Source of the DNA: an uncultured delta proteobacterium
GTDB taxonomy: Bacteria > Desulfobacterota > Syntrophia > Syntrophales > UBA2185
Direction: 5' to 3'
Assembly (NCBI GenBank): GCA_963729715.1
Contig: CAVSPA010000016.1
Coordinates: 1 to 64,000 of the forward strand
Length of the DNA: 64,000 nt
Under the pieces are notes generated by a model. The model did no database searches. It saw only the letters and a list, made by a program, of their open reading frames with translations, and had not been told where the DNA came from. Shown here piece after piece: positions 48,020 through 58,942 of the stretch (the first letter of the stretch is position 1; every line of letters begins with the position of its first letter). The translations under genes and the position numbers were made by a program.

Positions 48020-49636
48020 ATGAAGAACCGTAAAGATACTGCTTTTCCAAATGTGGCGGTCATAGGCACAGGCTACTGGGGCAAGAATCTTGTCAGAAAC
48101 TATGCAGAACTCGGCGCACTCAGGCTGATCTGCGACAAGAGCGAAACACTGCTCGCCGAGTTTAGGAAACGGCATCCTCAAATCGAGACATGCCTGGCTC
48201 TCAATGACGTCCTCGGCAGAGCAGATATTGCAGGAATCGCCATTGCCACACCGGCGGAGACCCATTTCACTCTGGCAAGGGAAGCTCTCCTCGCGGGAAA
48301 GCACGTCTATGTTGAAAAGCCCCTTGTCCTCCTCGAGAGCCAAGCCGTCGAGCTGATCAATCTCGCAGCAGAACAGAGACTCACACTGATGGTCGGACAC
48401 CTTCTCCAGTATCATCCTGCTTTCGTCAGGCTAAAAGAACTTGCTGCTGCAGGGGATCTCGGCAGGATCAACTATATCTATTCCCACCGTTTAAATCTCG
48501 GGAAGATCAGGCGGGAGGAAAACATCCTTTGGTCTTTTGCACCTCATGACATATCCATGATTCTCGCCTTGGCCGGAGAAGAGCCCGAAGGCGTCTTGGC
48601 AACCGGCGGAAACTACCTTCACAGAAAAATTGCCGATGTAACCACGACCCACCTTGAATTCCCGTCCGGCTTAAAGGCCCATATCTTTGTATCATGGCTT
48701 CACCCTTTCAAGGAACAGAAGCTTGTTGTAGTGGGCGAGCGGAAAATGGCGGTTTTCGATGACACGAGACCCTGGAATGAAAAGCTTCTCATCTATCCGC
48801 ATGAGATTAAGTGGCGAAACTACATCCCTGTGCCGTCTACTGCCACCCCGGAATATGTCGATGTGACGGAGATGGAGCCCCTGAAGCTGGAATGTGAACA
48901 TTTTCTCAATTGTATTACGACGGGCCAGACGCCTCTCACGGACGGACGGGAAGGACTGCGAGTGCTCATGGTTCTCAATGCCGGCCAGCGGTCTTTGAAC
49001 GACTGCGGCAGAAAGGTTGAGATCAAACCTTCATCGGCAGGGAATGATGTTGCGCCATCCGGCCATATCGGGGACAACAGGAAGTACCAAGTCCATCCTA
49101 CTGCGATTATCGACGATAATGTCTATATCGGAGAAGGCACCAGGGTATGGCATTTCTCCCACGTTCTTCCGGGGGCTGCCATCGGCAGCAATTGCAACAT
49201 CGGCCAGAACGTTGTCATCGGCCAGGATGTGGTCATAGGAAACTCCTGTAAAGTCCAGAACAATGTTTCCATATACAAAGGCGTCACTCTTGAGGACAAC
49301 GTCTTCTGCGGACCGAGCATGGTGTTTACGAATGTCTTTAACCCCCGCGCCCATATCAGCCGCATGAGAGAATTGAAACCCACGCTGATCAAGAGAGGCG
49401 TTACACTGGGGGCCAACTGCACTATTGTGTGCGGTCATACTGTCGGTCGATCCGCATTTGTGGGCGCCGGCGCCGTCGTAACTAAGGATGTGCCCGATTA
49501 TGCCCTCATGATGGGCAACCCGGCCAGACAAACCGGGTGGATGTGCGAATGCGGAGAAAAGCTTCCTAAAAATCTGAAATGCCCCGCCTGTAAGAAAAGA
49601 TATTCGGTATCGAAGAAGGGACTGCGGGTCGCGTGA
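48020..49636 (+). CDS. Gfo/Idh/MocA dehydrogenase fused to a hexapeptide N-acetyltransferase (WbpB-WbpD-like)
   Basis: GTGYWG, VEKP, HD; C-terminal [29 protein letters not shown]. Confidence 0.9.
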   Translation: MKNRKDTAFPNVAVIGTGYWGKNLVRNYAELGALRLICDKSETLLAEFRKRHPQIETCLALNDVLGRADIAGIAIATPAETHFTLAREALLAGKHVYVEKPLVLLESQAVELINLAAEQRLTLMVGHLLQYHPAFVRLKELAAAGDLGRINYIYSHRLNLGKIRREENILWSFAPHDISMILALAGEEPEGVLATGGNYLHRKIADVTTTHLEFPSGLKAHIFVSWLHPFKEQKLVVVGERKMAVFDDTRPWNEKLLIYPHEIKWRNYIPVPSTATPEYVDVTEMEPLKLECEHFLNCITTGQTPLTDGREGLRVLMVLNAGQRSLNDCGRKVEIKPSSAGNDVAPSGHIGDNRKYQVHPTAIIDDNVYIGEGTRVWHFSHVLPGAAIGSNCNIGQNVVIGQDVVIGNSCKVQNNVSIYKGVTLEDNVFCGPSMVFTNVFNPRAHISRMRELKPTLIKRGVTLGANCTIVCGHTVGRSAFVGAGAVVTKDVPDYALMMGNPARQTGWMCECGEKLPKNLKCPACKKRYSVSKKGLRVA

Positions 49637-50754
49637 AAAGGTTTTCATCGATGAAGGTGCCGTTTGTAGATTTGCAGGCACAATACACAGCCATCAAGAA
49701 TGAGATAGACCAGGCCATAGCCGATGTCATCGGCAAGGTGGCATTCATTGGCGGTCCTTGCGTAAGTCGATTTGAAGAGGATTTTGCATCCTACTGCAGC
49801 GCCCGGTACTGCATAGGGGTGGGTAACGGCACAGATGCCCTGTATATCGCTCTCCGCGCTTTGGGTATAGAGCGGGGCGACGAGGTTATCACTGTTGCGA
49901 ATTCCTTCATAGCCACCTCAGAGGCGATCACCATGACCGGTGCCAAGGTCGTCTTTGCGGACTGCGATCCGGAGACGTACAACATCGATACGGAACACGC
50001 ATCCCGTCTCGTGTCACCGCGTACTAAGGCTATCGTCCCGGTCCATCTTTACGGGAGACCTGCAGATATGTCGTCCATTACCAATCTTGCCGGCAAGCAC
50101 GGATTATTTATTGTCGAGGACGCCGCCCAAGCCCACGGGGCGGAGATCAATGGCCGGCGCGTCGGCGCCATAGGACATGCGGGATGCTTCAGTTTTTATC
50201 CTGCCAAGAATCTGGGGGCGTACGGTGATGGGGGCGCGATCGTCACCAACGACGAAGCATTAGCAACCAAATGCCGGATGATTGCCAACCACGGGCGGCT
50301 CAGCAAGTATGACCATGAGCTCGAAGGCGTGAACAGCCGGCTCGATACTCTGCAGGCAGCCATCCTGAAAGCAAAACTGAAACATCTCGAAATATGGACG
50401 GAGGGCCGCAGGGCCGCAGCAGACTGCTACTGTGATCTACTGAAAGACAGCCCGGTCGTAACGCCCGTCGTGAGCCAAGGCGCAAGACACGTCTATCACC
50501 TTTTCGTTGTCCGTGTTAAGAACCGGGAAGCTGTCATGCGGGAACTAAAGAGCCGTGGAATCGAAACGGGCATCCATTATCCTATAGCATTGCCCAACCT
50601 TATGGCCTACCGGCATCTGGGGCACAGGTCGGAGGATTTTCCCGTTGCCACCGCATATTCACAGGAGATCCTCAGCCTCCCCATGTTTCCGGAAATCAGC
50701 AAAGATCAGCTTGAGTACGTCTGCAGTCAACTGAGGCATGCTACAGGCGGCTGA
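49633..50754 (+). CDS. DegT/DnrJ/EryC1/StrS aminotransferase (WbpE-like)
   Basis: [35 protein letters not shown]. Confidence 0.93.
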   Translation: MKRFSSMKVPFVDLQAQYTAIKNEIDQAIADVIGKVAFIGGPCVSRFEEDFASYCSARYCIGVGNGTDALYIALRALGIERGDEVITVANSFIATSEAITMTGAKVVFADCDPETYNIDTEHASRLVSPRTKAIVPVHLYGRPADMSSITNLAGKHGLFIVEDAAQAHGAEINGRRVGAIGHAGCFSFYPAKNLGAYGDGGAIVTNDEALATKCRMIANHGRLSKYDHELEGVNSRLDTLQAAILKAKLKHLEIWTEGRRAAADCYCDLLKDSPVVTPVVSQGARHVYHLFVVRVKNREAVMRELKSRGIETGIHYPIALPNLMAYRHLGHRSEDFPVATAYSQEILSLPMFPEISKDQLEYVCSQLRHATGG

Positions 50755-50768
50755 GGAGAAGGACTTGT

Positions 50769-51752
50769 ATGTTGAAGATCGCCCAAATAGGTGTGGGTTA
50801 CTGGGGACCGAACATTCTCAGAAATCTCGCGGAAAATAAGAGATGCCGTGTAACAGCCGCGGTCGACCTTGACCCCGAGAGGCGTGACTACGTCCACAGG
50901 CTGTATCCTGCAATAAAGGTCACCAACAGTATAGAAGATGTCCTAAGAGATCCGGAAACAGACGCTGTCGTCATTGCCACACCGGTAGCTTCCCATTTTG
51001 ATCTTGCCGTGAAGGCACTGGAAGCTGGAAAGCACATCCTGGTGGAGAAGCCGATGGCAAGAAGTGTGGCCGAAGTCGAAGAGATCGGGAAAATAGCAGA
51101 CAGGAAAAAGCGGGTGGCTATGGCAGGGCATACCTTTCTTTTCAATGCAGCCGTCCGTTACGTGAAAGGCTTGATCGATTCCGGCGGTCTCGGAAATATC
51201 CGTTACATATACAGCCACAGGCTGAACCTGGGACGCATCCGGACAGACGTCGACGCCTTGTGGAACTTCGCACCCCACGACATCAGCATCATCCAGTATT
51301 GGCTGGACAATGCAACACCTGTATCCGTTGTAAAGCGCGGCGTCGATTTCATACAGAAAGGGATCGACGACGTGGTCTTTATGAACATACTTTATCCGGA
51401 CAGGGTCATGGCAAACATCCATGTGAGCTGGCTTGACCCCAATAAGATCCGTTCCATAACCGTTGTGGGTTCAAAAAAAATGGTGGTCTATGATGACGTT
51501 GCCGACAACAAAGTCGCTATTTATGACAAAGGAATAGACCGTATGGCAGTCCTCGGCAAGGACATGGACTATGATAACCAGCGTTTTCCCGCTTTCAATT
51601 ACCGGTCCGGAGACGTTCTTTTGCCGAAGATAGATTTTCAGGAACCTTTAAAGGTAGAGATAGATCACTTCATCGATTGTATAGAAAAGGGAATCCCCTG
51701 TATCACCGGCATCGAACATACAAAGAAGGTCGTCGCCATCCTCGCGTCATAA
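50769..51752 (+). CDS. Gfo/Idh/MocA oxidoreductase
   Basis: GVGYWG, VEKP, RLNLG, APHD, SWLDP. Confidence 0.92.
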   Translation: MLKIAQIGVGYWGPNILRNLAENKRCRVTAAVDLDPERRDYVHRLYPAIKVTNSIEDVLRDPETDAVVIATPVASHFDLAVKALEAGKHILVEKPMARSVAEVEEIGKIADRKKRVAMAGHTFLFNAAVRYVKGLIDSGGLGNIRYIYSHRLNLGRIRTDVDALWNFAPHDISIIQYWLDNATPVSVVKRGVDFIQKGIDDVVFMNILYPDRVMANIHVSWLDPNKIRSITVVGSKKMVVYDDVADNKVAIYDKGIDRMAVLGKDMDYDNQRFPAFNYRSGDVLLPKIDFQEPLKVEIDHFIDCIEKGIPCITGIEHTKKVVAILAS

Positions 51753-51780
51753 GAGCGGGCGCAGGCCTGCATAGAGATCA

Positions 51781-53718
51781 TTATCTCGACGGTTTCTGCA
51801 GATAGTGTTCCAATTCAAAAACAGGCGCTGACAGGTCGCCTTCAATAAACATCCGGAACCATATTTCCATGCCGAGCGCCAGCCAGAGAAAGAAATAGTG
51901 CCACCGCAGCCGCGGATGGGGCGGATGATCCATGATGCTCTTCAGGTAGTCGTAATTCAGTATCCCTCTCTCTTCCACGCGTTTCCTCGTCAGGACCCGC
52001 TCGGCAACTGTCTTCAAATCCTTCTGGAACTGATAGTAGGGATTGAAGCTGAAGCCCCATTTCTTTTTTCTTAATGTATGTTCCGGCAAGACCCCTTCCA
52101 TCGCATTTCGGAAAAGGTCCTTGAGCCGGTTCCCTTTCATTTTCAACTCTGCTGGTATGGACATGGCAAATTGCACCAGATCTCTGTCAAGGAATGGTAC
52201 GCGAACTTCCAGACCGTTTGCCATGGAAGTGCGATCTTCATTCATCAGAAAATCTTCCTGCATTTTGGTATTAAACTCCGCCCATAGCACCTTATCTAGG
52301 ACGCTTCCACAATTTGGAGAAAAGAAATGGTCGAATTGTGTGTGGGTCTTCTTGAGGTTCTGTCTCAAAAGCACGGGTCCATAAATATTTTCATAAGCTC
52401 TCTCATCGTAATCCCAGACATTTCTCAGAATCAGATAGTACCGGGCTGGGTCGCCGAGGGAAAGAAGCATCTGCAAGCCCCGGCGGTACTCATCAAGGGA
52501 CAATGATCCCCATGCATTCTCGGCAGAGAAGATGAACCTGCTGAGCGGCTGGAATAGCCATGAGTCCAGAGCTCTCGGCACCGCGGGATAGATAAGGCTT
52601 GCAGGATAGATGTATCTGTGAAGCTCGTAGCCCGCAAAGAGCTCGTCCCCGCCCAGCCCGCTGAGACAGACCTTCACGTGACTCTTGGCAAATCTGGACA
52701 GGAGAAACCCCTGCAGGATGTTTTCCTTTGGCTCTTCCGCATGCCAGATAACCTCCGGAAACTGACGCAGGGGGTCAGGTGATATGCTTATTTCATGATG
52801 ATCCGTCTTGAAATGATCTGATATGATACGGGCATCCTCCAATTCATCCGTAGGCTCATTGAATCCCATAGAAAATGTCTTGACGGGTTCACTGGAAAGT
52901 TCGCTCATGTACTTAACCAAGGCGCTCGAATCAAGCCCACCTGAAAGATACACCCCGAGGGGCACATCGCTTATTTTTTGTTTCCGGACTGCTTCGCGAA
53001 GATAATGCCTTATTCCCTCCACACAGTGGTTCTCATCTGCGGGAACATTCTTCGCCCTTTCGAGATTGAAATAACGATGTGTCGAAATGGCGCCATTCTC
53101 ATATAGCATGTAATGGGCAGGCAAAAGTCTCTTGACGCCTTTAAAAAGTGTCCCCTCGCCCGGAATGAAACGCAGATTAAAAAAATAATGGATGGACTGG
53201 TAATCAGGCTCCCGCAACACTGCGGGGTCCTGAAGGATCGCCTTGATTTCGGAAGCGAAGCGCAGCGTCCGGCCGTCAAAATGATAATGCAGGGGCTTTA
53301 TGCCGAAATAATCCCTGACCAAGAGAAGTCTCTTATTCCTTACATCCCAGAGGGCAAAGGCGAAGATGCCATCCAGCCTTATCAAGAATTCAGGCCCGTA
53401 CTCCTCGTATCCGTGAATCAGCACCTCGGTATCACTCTTGGTCGCAAAGATGTGTCCGCGCTCCTGAAGCTCCCGGCGCAGATCCTCAAAGTTATATATC
53501 TCTCCATTGAAGACTACCCAGATCGTCCGATCCTCGTTCGTCATGGGCTGATCGCCCGTCGCAAGATCGATGATAGACAGGCGGCGATGCCCCAGTATAA
53601 CTCCCTCTCCCCGATAGACGCCTTCACCATCCGGCCCGCGGTGCGCGAGGGAACGGTTCATTCTTTCAATCGTGGCGGGGTCGGCGCCCGGGCCGATTAT
53701 GCCGCAAATACCGCACAT
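51781..53718 (-). CDS. asnB: AsnB-like glutamine-dependent amidotransferase (probably glycan amidation)
   Basis: MCGI, HRRLSIID, NGEIYN, SGGLDSS, GGDELFAGY, EVRVPFLD. Confidence 0.9.
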   Translation of the reverse strand: MCGICGIIGPGADPATIERMNRSLAHRGPDGEGVYRGEGVILGHRRLSIIDLATGDQPMTNEDRTIWVVFNGEIYNFEDLRRELQERGHIFATKSDTEVLIHGYEEYGPEFLIRLDGIFAFALWDVRNKRLLLVRDYFGIKPLHYHFDGRTLRFASEIKAILQDPAVLREPDYQSIHYFFNLRFIPGEGTLFKGVKRLLPAHYMLYENGAISTHRYFNLERAKNVPADENHCVEGIRHYLREAVRKQKISDVPLGVYLSGGLDSSALVKYMSELSSEPVKTFSMGFNEPTDELEDARIISDHFKTDHHEISISPDPLRQFPEVIWHAEEPKENILQGFLLSRFAKSHVKVCLSGLGGDELFAGYELHRYIYPASLIYPAVPRALDSWLFQPLSRFIFSAENAWGSLSLDEYRRGLQMLLSLGDPARYYLILRNVWDYDERAYENIYGPVLLRQNLKKTHTQFDHFFSPNCGSVLDKVLWAEFNTKMQEDFLMNEDRTSMANGLEVRVPFLDRDLVQFAMSIPAELKMKGNRLKDLFRNAMEGVLPEHTLRKKKWGFSFNPYYQFQKDLKTVAERVLTRKRVEERGILNYDYLKSIMDHPPHPRLRWHYFFLWLALGMEIWFRMFIEGDLSAPVFELEHYLQKPSR

Positions 53719-54446
53719 CAAAGACTCCTTTCGTTTCCCGAGGGCTTGATCCAGATGTGGACGTGGGTCGGTGATAGACGGTAAGAAACAGCACTTAACA
53801 CCGCAAAAGGGAGGACTCCGGAAAATGGAAATTTCCCGCGGATGACAAAGGGGGTGAGATGAACATAGCGCCAGCCGGCAAGGGCGGGAATATTAAAGCC
53901 TCTCTCAAACCAGGCTGAGACGAGAGGTAAGCTGGCCCTGGCATAGGCCCACCAGCTTTCGCGAATATCCCTCCCGGCAAATTCTGCAAGGGCATAGACC
54001 TTTTTCAAAAGCGGCCCATTTGTTATGGTGATGCACAAAAGGCCCCCCGGCGCTACACACCTCGTCATATCGGTTATGGCAGCCTCGTAATCAGGCAGCT
54101 CTTCAATGACGCTGAGACACGTGACCAGGTCGAAACTGCCTGCGGAAAAAGGGAGGTGCGAGGCTTCGGCCTGTATGAATCTGACAAGCCCCGTACGATC
54201 GCGCGCCCGGAGATAGAGTTCTGATCGGATATCACAGCCGATCCGCAGGCTGTTATCATCTCCGAGATAAGCTAATTTCAAGCCTGAGCCGCATCCTACG
54301 TCAAGAATCCGCGGGTGTGCCGGCCATACACCTGCATTCTTCATGGCTTGATGCAGCCGCCCCGCCAGTTTCCTGCGCTGATCAACATCCATCAATTCCT
54401 GATCATATTCGGCGCGCAAGTCCTCCTCGAAATATCTATCAGGCAT
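53718..54446 (-). CDS. Class I SAM-dependent methyltransferase
   Basis: LDVGCGSG, LPFSAGSFD, PGG. Confidence 0.85.
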   Translation of the reverse strand: MPDRYFEEDLRAEYDQELMDVDQRRKLAGRLHQAMKNAGVWPAHPRILDVGCGSGLKLAYLGDDNSLRIGCDIRSELYLRARDRTGLVRFIQAEASHLPFSAGSFDLVTCLSVIEELPDYEAAITDMTRCVAPGGLLCITITNGPLLKKVYALAEFAGRDIRESWWAYARASLPLVSAWFERGFNIPALAGWRYVHLTPFVIRGKFPFSGVLPFAVLSAVSYRLSPTHVHIWIKPSGNERSL

Positions 54447-55662
54447 ACATCTCTCCTACCACCTCTCTTACGGAACCAACAACTGCCCGGACCTGCTTTT
54501 CCGTCATCGCGGGATGATTGGGAAGATTAATGACGCTCGCCGCCCAGTGTCCGGCATGAGGAAAGAGGTTGGGAGAATAGCCCTTCTCGCGGTAACACTC
54601 AAGTCCAGGGATCACATAATCCAAGATTGTGCTTCCCTGAATACCCCGTTTCCGTAATGACGCCAGAATGCGGACGCGATCCTCCGGTCGTTTCAATCGT
54701 ATGCTGTAAATGGTATACGTCGATCCTTCCGTCCACGGCAGCAGCTGGATTTCCGGCAATCCCGCAAATTCCCGTTCATAAATCTCGGCAATCTCCTTCC
54801 GTCTGCTCATGAACGCGGAAACCCGGCGGAGCTGCTCCTTGCCGATCGCTGCTTCGAGAGGGAGCATCATTGTCTCACTATCTGCAGGAAGGCGTACGGC
54901 TTCACGGGACCTGAGCGTCATCAGGTAGCTCTTTAGGGGGGTATCGGTATTCACCAGAGCGTCGGTGAGACGAACAAAAGGAACGGATAAGGCAGCCCAG
55001 GAGGCGACAAAATATAGCCAGCGCATTACTCCCGCCATACCGGATCGTCTCGTGAATGTCGCGTTGCGGTATCTGCGGACGGATTGGGCCAGGCTTTCCC
55101 GGTTTGTCAGAAATGCCCCCCCGTAAAGAGACGTCATAGGCTTTCCGATCCCGAAAGCAAGAAAGGCGCCATCACCGCATCCGGCAAGCATCTCGCGATT
55201 CCACCTCGCATCAAAACACTGGCAGCAGTCGATAAAGATGATGGCATTTTTGTTGCGGCGGCGTATTGCCTCGGATAAACTGGCAGCGTCAAAACTCATT
55301 CCGAAAATACTCGTCGGAATAACCGCAGCCGTCCGGGACGTAGCTCTGTCAATCATCTGCCCGGCGTCCTGGTTAGGTGAATCAGGCAATGTATCGACAA
55401 AGACGGGATTGTACTCTGCCACAAACGAAGCATGGGCAACCACGACGCAATTGTACGCAGGCTGGATCACTTCACCCCCAGGCCTGTCGATGGCCTTAAG
55501 GGCCGCGTACAAGGCGCTGCGGCCGTAAGGAAACACAATCGCGTGTCGGAGGCCGAAATATGCCGCCAGTTCTTTTTCAAACTCTTCCATGGCGCCGCTG
55601 TCATGGAAAACGGACGCCCTCAGCTCACGGTAACCGTAATTTGGTCTGCTTGCAGGAATCAT
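54439..55662 (-). CDS. Divergent DegT-family PLP-dependent aminotransferase
   Basis: GRSAL, PAYNC.VV, DCCQ, FGIGKP...GG, INLP.H. Confidence 0.8.
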   Translation of the reverse strand: MIPASRPNYGYRELRASVFHDSGAMEEFEKELAAYFGLRHAIVFPYGRSALYAALKAIDRPGGEVIQPAYNCVVVAHASFVAEYNPVFVDTLPDSPNQDAGQMIDRATSRTAAVIPTSIFGMSFDAASLSEAIRRRNKNAIIFIDCCQCFDARWNREMLAGCGDGAFLAFGIGKPMTSLYGGAFLTNRESLAQSVRRYRNATFTRRSGMAGVMRWLYFVASWAALSVPFVRLTDALVNTDTPLKSYLMTLRSREAVRLPADSETMMLPLEAAIGKEQLRRVSAFMSRRKEIAEIYEREFAGLPEIQLLPWTEGSTYTIYSIRLKRPEDRVRILASLRKRGIQGSTILDYVIPGLECYREKGYSPNLFPHAGHWAASVINLPNHPAMTEKQVRAVVGSVREVVGEMYA

Positions 55663-55700
55663 CTCAGTTTGTCTATAGCTTCTTATATGAATCGCAACTT

Positions 55701-56768
55701 CTAAAGAGGCACTCCGCATTTCTGCAATCGTTTGACTGCAATGACTACTCCCCATATAGCCGCGGTCAATAATGACCAGATAATGATATAAACGCGTTGG
55801 TAAAACAGTCCAGCCAGGACCTGCTCACGATTCAAACCCAATGCTTCAAAAAGAACCAGTCCGCCTCCCTCATAGATGCCCAGGCCACTTAGGCTCACGG
55901 GAATATGTGTAAGAATGGAAAGGGAGTTGGTTATACATATCGTGGTGAAGAAAGGTGGGCTCACGTTGGCTGCCATGAGGGCGAAGATTAGGGTAAGACC
56001 TGAAATGATACTCCTGAAGCCGCCTATTAGAATATTCGCATAAAGGTCTTTTCGATCTCCCCTGAAATATAGGGTGAAAGACGCCCAGAACCTTTTCGTT
56101 GCCGAGAACTTGTCAAACAGCGACGGGCCAAATCGCACAGCAACCCAGATCAAACATCCAAGAAGCAACGCCATTATCCCCATGAGAGCCGCTACGAATA
56201 AAGGCTTTACAGGCAGGACGCAGATCAGCGTAAAGGGCGTAAATATAAACAGAGCGATCACCATTGTAATAAATCTATCCATAAGGATTGCGGAGACGCT
56301 CGTATGAACCGGTATCAGACTCTGCCTCGCAAGACCGACCATCGTAAAATCGCCGAAAATTGCCGGGGCGAGAGACCCGACTGATCCTGCCAAAAAGAAA
56401 TAGCCCGTAAAAAGCCGGAGGCTTATCGGGCTGAACCCTCGAAAAAGGACCCACAATTTAAGACCGCCCAAAAAGACATAAAACAGGCTGAAGCCGATCA
56501 TGGCTATGATAGGAAGAATTTTGGGCGATACAACAACTTCCTCAAAAATGCCCAAATCAACAGATTTGAAAATCCACAAGAGAAGAAGAACGCTGACCGC
56601 AAAACGAAAGATAAAGGAGAAGATTTTTTGCCATCTGGGCTTCGCTCGCTGAACTTCCTTGCTGTCAATGCCCCCGTTTTCGGCTCCTTCGTCACGCCTC
56701 ATAGGCTGCCCGGCATCTTCCTTATTGTCGTGGCTGCGACCCTCACCAGATTCCGTATAATCGCTCAT
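55701..56768 (-). CDS. Lysylphosphatidylglycerol-synthase TM-region / flippase-like membrane protein
   Basis: P...GD, DR, PVSLSGLG.YE motifs; about 8 TM segments. Confidence 0.75.
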   Translation of the reverse strand: MSDYTESGEGRSHDNKEDAGQPMRRDEGAENGGIDSKEVQRAKPRWQKIFSFIFRFAVSVLLLLWIFKSVDLGIFEEVVVSPKILPIIAMIGFSLFYVFLGGLKLWVLFRGFSPISLRLFTGYFFLAGSVGSLAPAIFGDFTMVGLARQSLIPVHTSVSAILMDRFITMVIALFIFTPFTLICVLPVKPLFVAALMGIMALLLGCLIWVAVRFGPSLFDKFSATKRFWASFTLYFRGDRKDLYANILIGGFRSIISGLTLIFALMAANVSPPFFTTICITNSLSILTHIPVSLSGLGIYEGGGLVLFEALGLNREQVLAGLFYQRVYIIIWSLLTAAIWGVVIAVKRLQKCGVPL

Positions 56769-56785
56769 GTCGCATTATAATGTTT

Positions 56786-57487
56786 TTACTGTTTCTTGGC
56801 CAACAATATAAACCAGGGCATCCAGTATCTATTTATTTTCGTCGTCGGCATTGTGTCCGCAATGATATTCTGAATCGTCTGAAGTATTGACGGCTTTTTG
56901 AAGTAGATGTTTACAAATCTAAAGTACTTGATTTCGAAGTTCAGCTCTTTTAGCATGGCTGTCAATTTCCTCGGATGGACGGGGACGTCGTTGGTGCTTC
57001 GATACCGTCGATACAGGAAGGCATATCTCATGAAGAAATATCTCTGGGGGTGATAGTAATTCGGCTCCATGCAGTAGAAATAGCCGCCCGGAACAATAAT
57101 TCTACTCAATTCACTGAGCGAGTTCGCAAACGGAAATAAATGATGCAGTGTGGCAGGAAGGCAAATCATGTCAAAGCTTGCGGTCTTCAATGGCACCGCG
57201 AAGGCACTGCCGCATATCTTTTCATAGGGATAAAGAGAGAGTACCTGCGATGCAATGTCCAGACCGAAGAGAGAAATATGATTATGCACGTACCTTGCCG
57301 CCAACGCCTGCGAGAATTGGCCAGAGGCGCAGCCGACCTCACAGATATGGGCTTTCCCGAATTGACCGATCACGGAATCAATCGGTTGGAGCATGGCGTC
57401 GAGGTCCTTTTCCAGATAGGGGGAATAACCGGAAGTGAACCTGTTGAAATATGCGAGATCTTTTTCCGAATATGATTTTTCCTGCAC
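56786..57487 (-). CDS. Class I SAM-dependent methyltransferase
   Basis: EVGCASG, GLDI, FD, LHH, PGG...EPN. Confidence 0.82.
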   Translation of the reverse strand: MQEKSYSEKDLAYFNRFTSGYSPYLEKDLDAMLQPIDSVIGQFGKAHICEVGCASGQFSQALAARYVHNHISLFGLDIASQVLSLYPYEKICGSAFAVPLKTASFDMICLPATLHHLFPFANSLSELSRIIVPGGYFYCMEPNYYHPQRYFFMRYAFLYRRYRSTNDVPVHPRKLTAMLKELNFEIKYFRFVNIYFKKPSILQTIQNIIADTMPTTKINRYWMPWFILLAKKQ

Positions 57488-57490
57488 CGA

Positions 57491-58942
57491 TTACTCCTCC
57501 CTGGACATTCTCCACAACTCATCCAATGCCGGCAGAAGCCTTTGCCCGCTGGTCAGCCTTATCCCGCGCTCCCTGATCCCTTTCAACAAAGTCCAGTAGA
57601 TACCGTCGAAGCCGGGATCTAACAAGCCGCTTAGCTGTTCCTGATGCCAGATAAGCGAAACACAGCCTCCCGATTTTTCCACAGGCCGAATTTGCTCCAT
57701 ACAATGATCCAATGCTTCACCGGATGAAAAGCGGTAGGTTGTAGCGAGCGTTGTGTCCATCAGGATAAAAGGTATTTCCCACAGAGAAAAGGGCTTAGCC
57801 TTCTCGATGTCATAAGGTCTAAACGGAAATAATGTGCCCGCGCGAGGACCACTCATGTCATTGTAACCTACCGACATGTCATATTCCAACCCTGCCCTTT
57901 CCAATTCGGGGAAGAATGTGGCAGGATGAAAATTGAGGTAATGCTGTCGATGTCCGGAAATATTCGTCCCAAGAATTTTTTCCAGTTCGCATCTTTCCTC
58001 GGCTATTCCTCCCTGCATTCTTCCCGCCTTATAGCTTCCATGGAGACAGATTTCAAATCCTCTGTGAAGGAGATTTCTCAAATCGTCCGCTGTGCTGTAA
58101 TATCTCGAGAGATCATAGACAGGATCGCTCCTGTGCCTTCGCTTGACGGTAAATTGAAAAGAAGAAATTGCCCCCAGCGTGGTTTCCGCATCGGCAATGG
58201 TTTCTATTGCATTATAAGGCACGGGCTGGAAGAAGGCTTTCCTGTATTTACCCATGACCTGCCATGCCTGAGTCGCGCTTCTCCTCGTCCACAGTTGTCT
58301 TAACACTGCCCGAAGAAACCGCCGCATACCACGATTAGCACGTGTCGGCATATAGTCGACATCATGAGTGAGAACGACCGTCCCCGGGGCAAGAATCGGT
58401 GCATCTTTCCCCTGCCCTTCGACGCGAGGCCATCCAATTTTTTCCGCCTCAAGAGCAATACTGTTTAGCCAGAGATCCGCTAGGGGTTCCGGTTTGGGAA
58501 AACCCGCCCCCGTCCACCAGTCTTCCGCAAAACATATCCACCCGTCTTCTTTTTCAGGACGGTTCTTTCTTTCAAAAAGAAGGTTAAGGAGGGCATGCGC
58601 CCCCGCAATGACATCCGCCTTAATCCATCCCCGTTTATTGAAATCATCTCCCCTTGGGTGATAAAACGGCAATCGTCCGGCATGCTCTCCTCTAAGGAGA
58701 ATCCCCGCCCGGCTGTCGGTCATATGCCTCTTGACACCAGGTGAAGATAAGATGACGAGATCGCCTTCCTTGACCGATATCTCTGTCGGATTTTCCGTTG
58801 TAGAGTATATGATCCGGCGCTCCGCCCGCGGACGGAGAGTCCACCCCACGCGCATGGCCAGATGGCGCAATGTATGAATTACGGCCTCTCTATCAAATGG
58901 CTCTCCAAAGAAAACCACTTCCACCGGCAGTCTTTCAGACAT
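57491..58942 (-). CDS. Polysaccharide deacetylase-family protein
   Basis: LTHDVD, EICLHG, RQHYL, YD.S, G.RAGT..P, MDTT, WH. Confidence 0.8.
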   Translation of the reverse strand: MSERLPVEVVFFGEPFDREAVIHTLRHLAMRVGWTLRPRAERRIIYSTTENPTEISVKEGDLVILSSPGVKRHMTDSRAGILLRGEHAGRLPFYHPRGDDFNKRGWIKADVIAGAHALLNLLFERKNRPEKEDGWICFAEDWWTGAGFPKPEPLADLWLNSIALEAEKIGWPRVEGQGKDAPILAPGTVVLTHDVDYMPTRANRGMRRFLRAVLRQLWTRRSATQAWQVMGKYRKAFFQPVPYNAIETIADAETTLGAISSFQFTVKRRHRSDPVYDLSRYYSTADDLRNLLHRGFEICLHGSYKAGRMQGGIAEERCELEKILGTNISGHRQHYLNFHPATFFPELERAGLEYDMSVGYNDMSGPRAGTLFPFRPYDIEKAKPFSLWEIPFILMDTTLATTYRFSSGEALDHCMEQIRPVEKSGGCVSLIWHQEQLSGLLDPGFDGIYWTLLKGIRERGIRLTSGQRLLPALDELWRMSREE

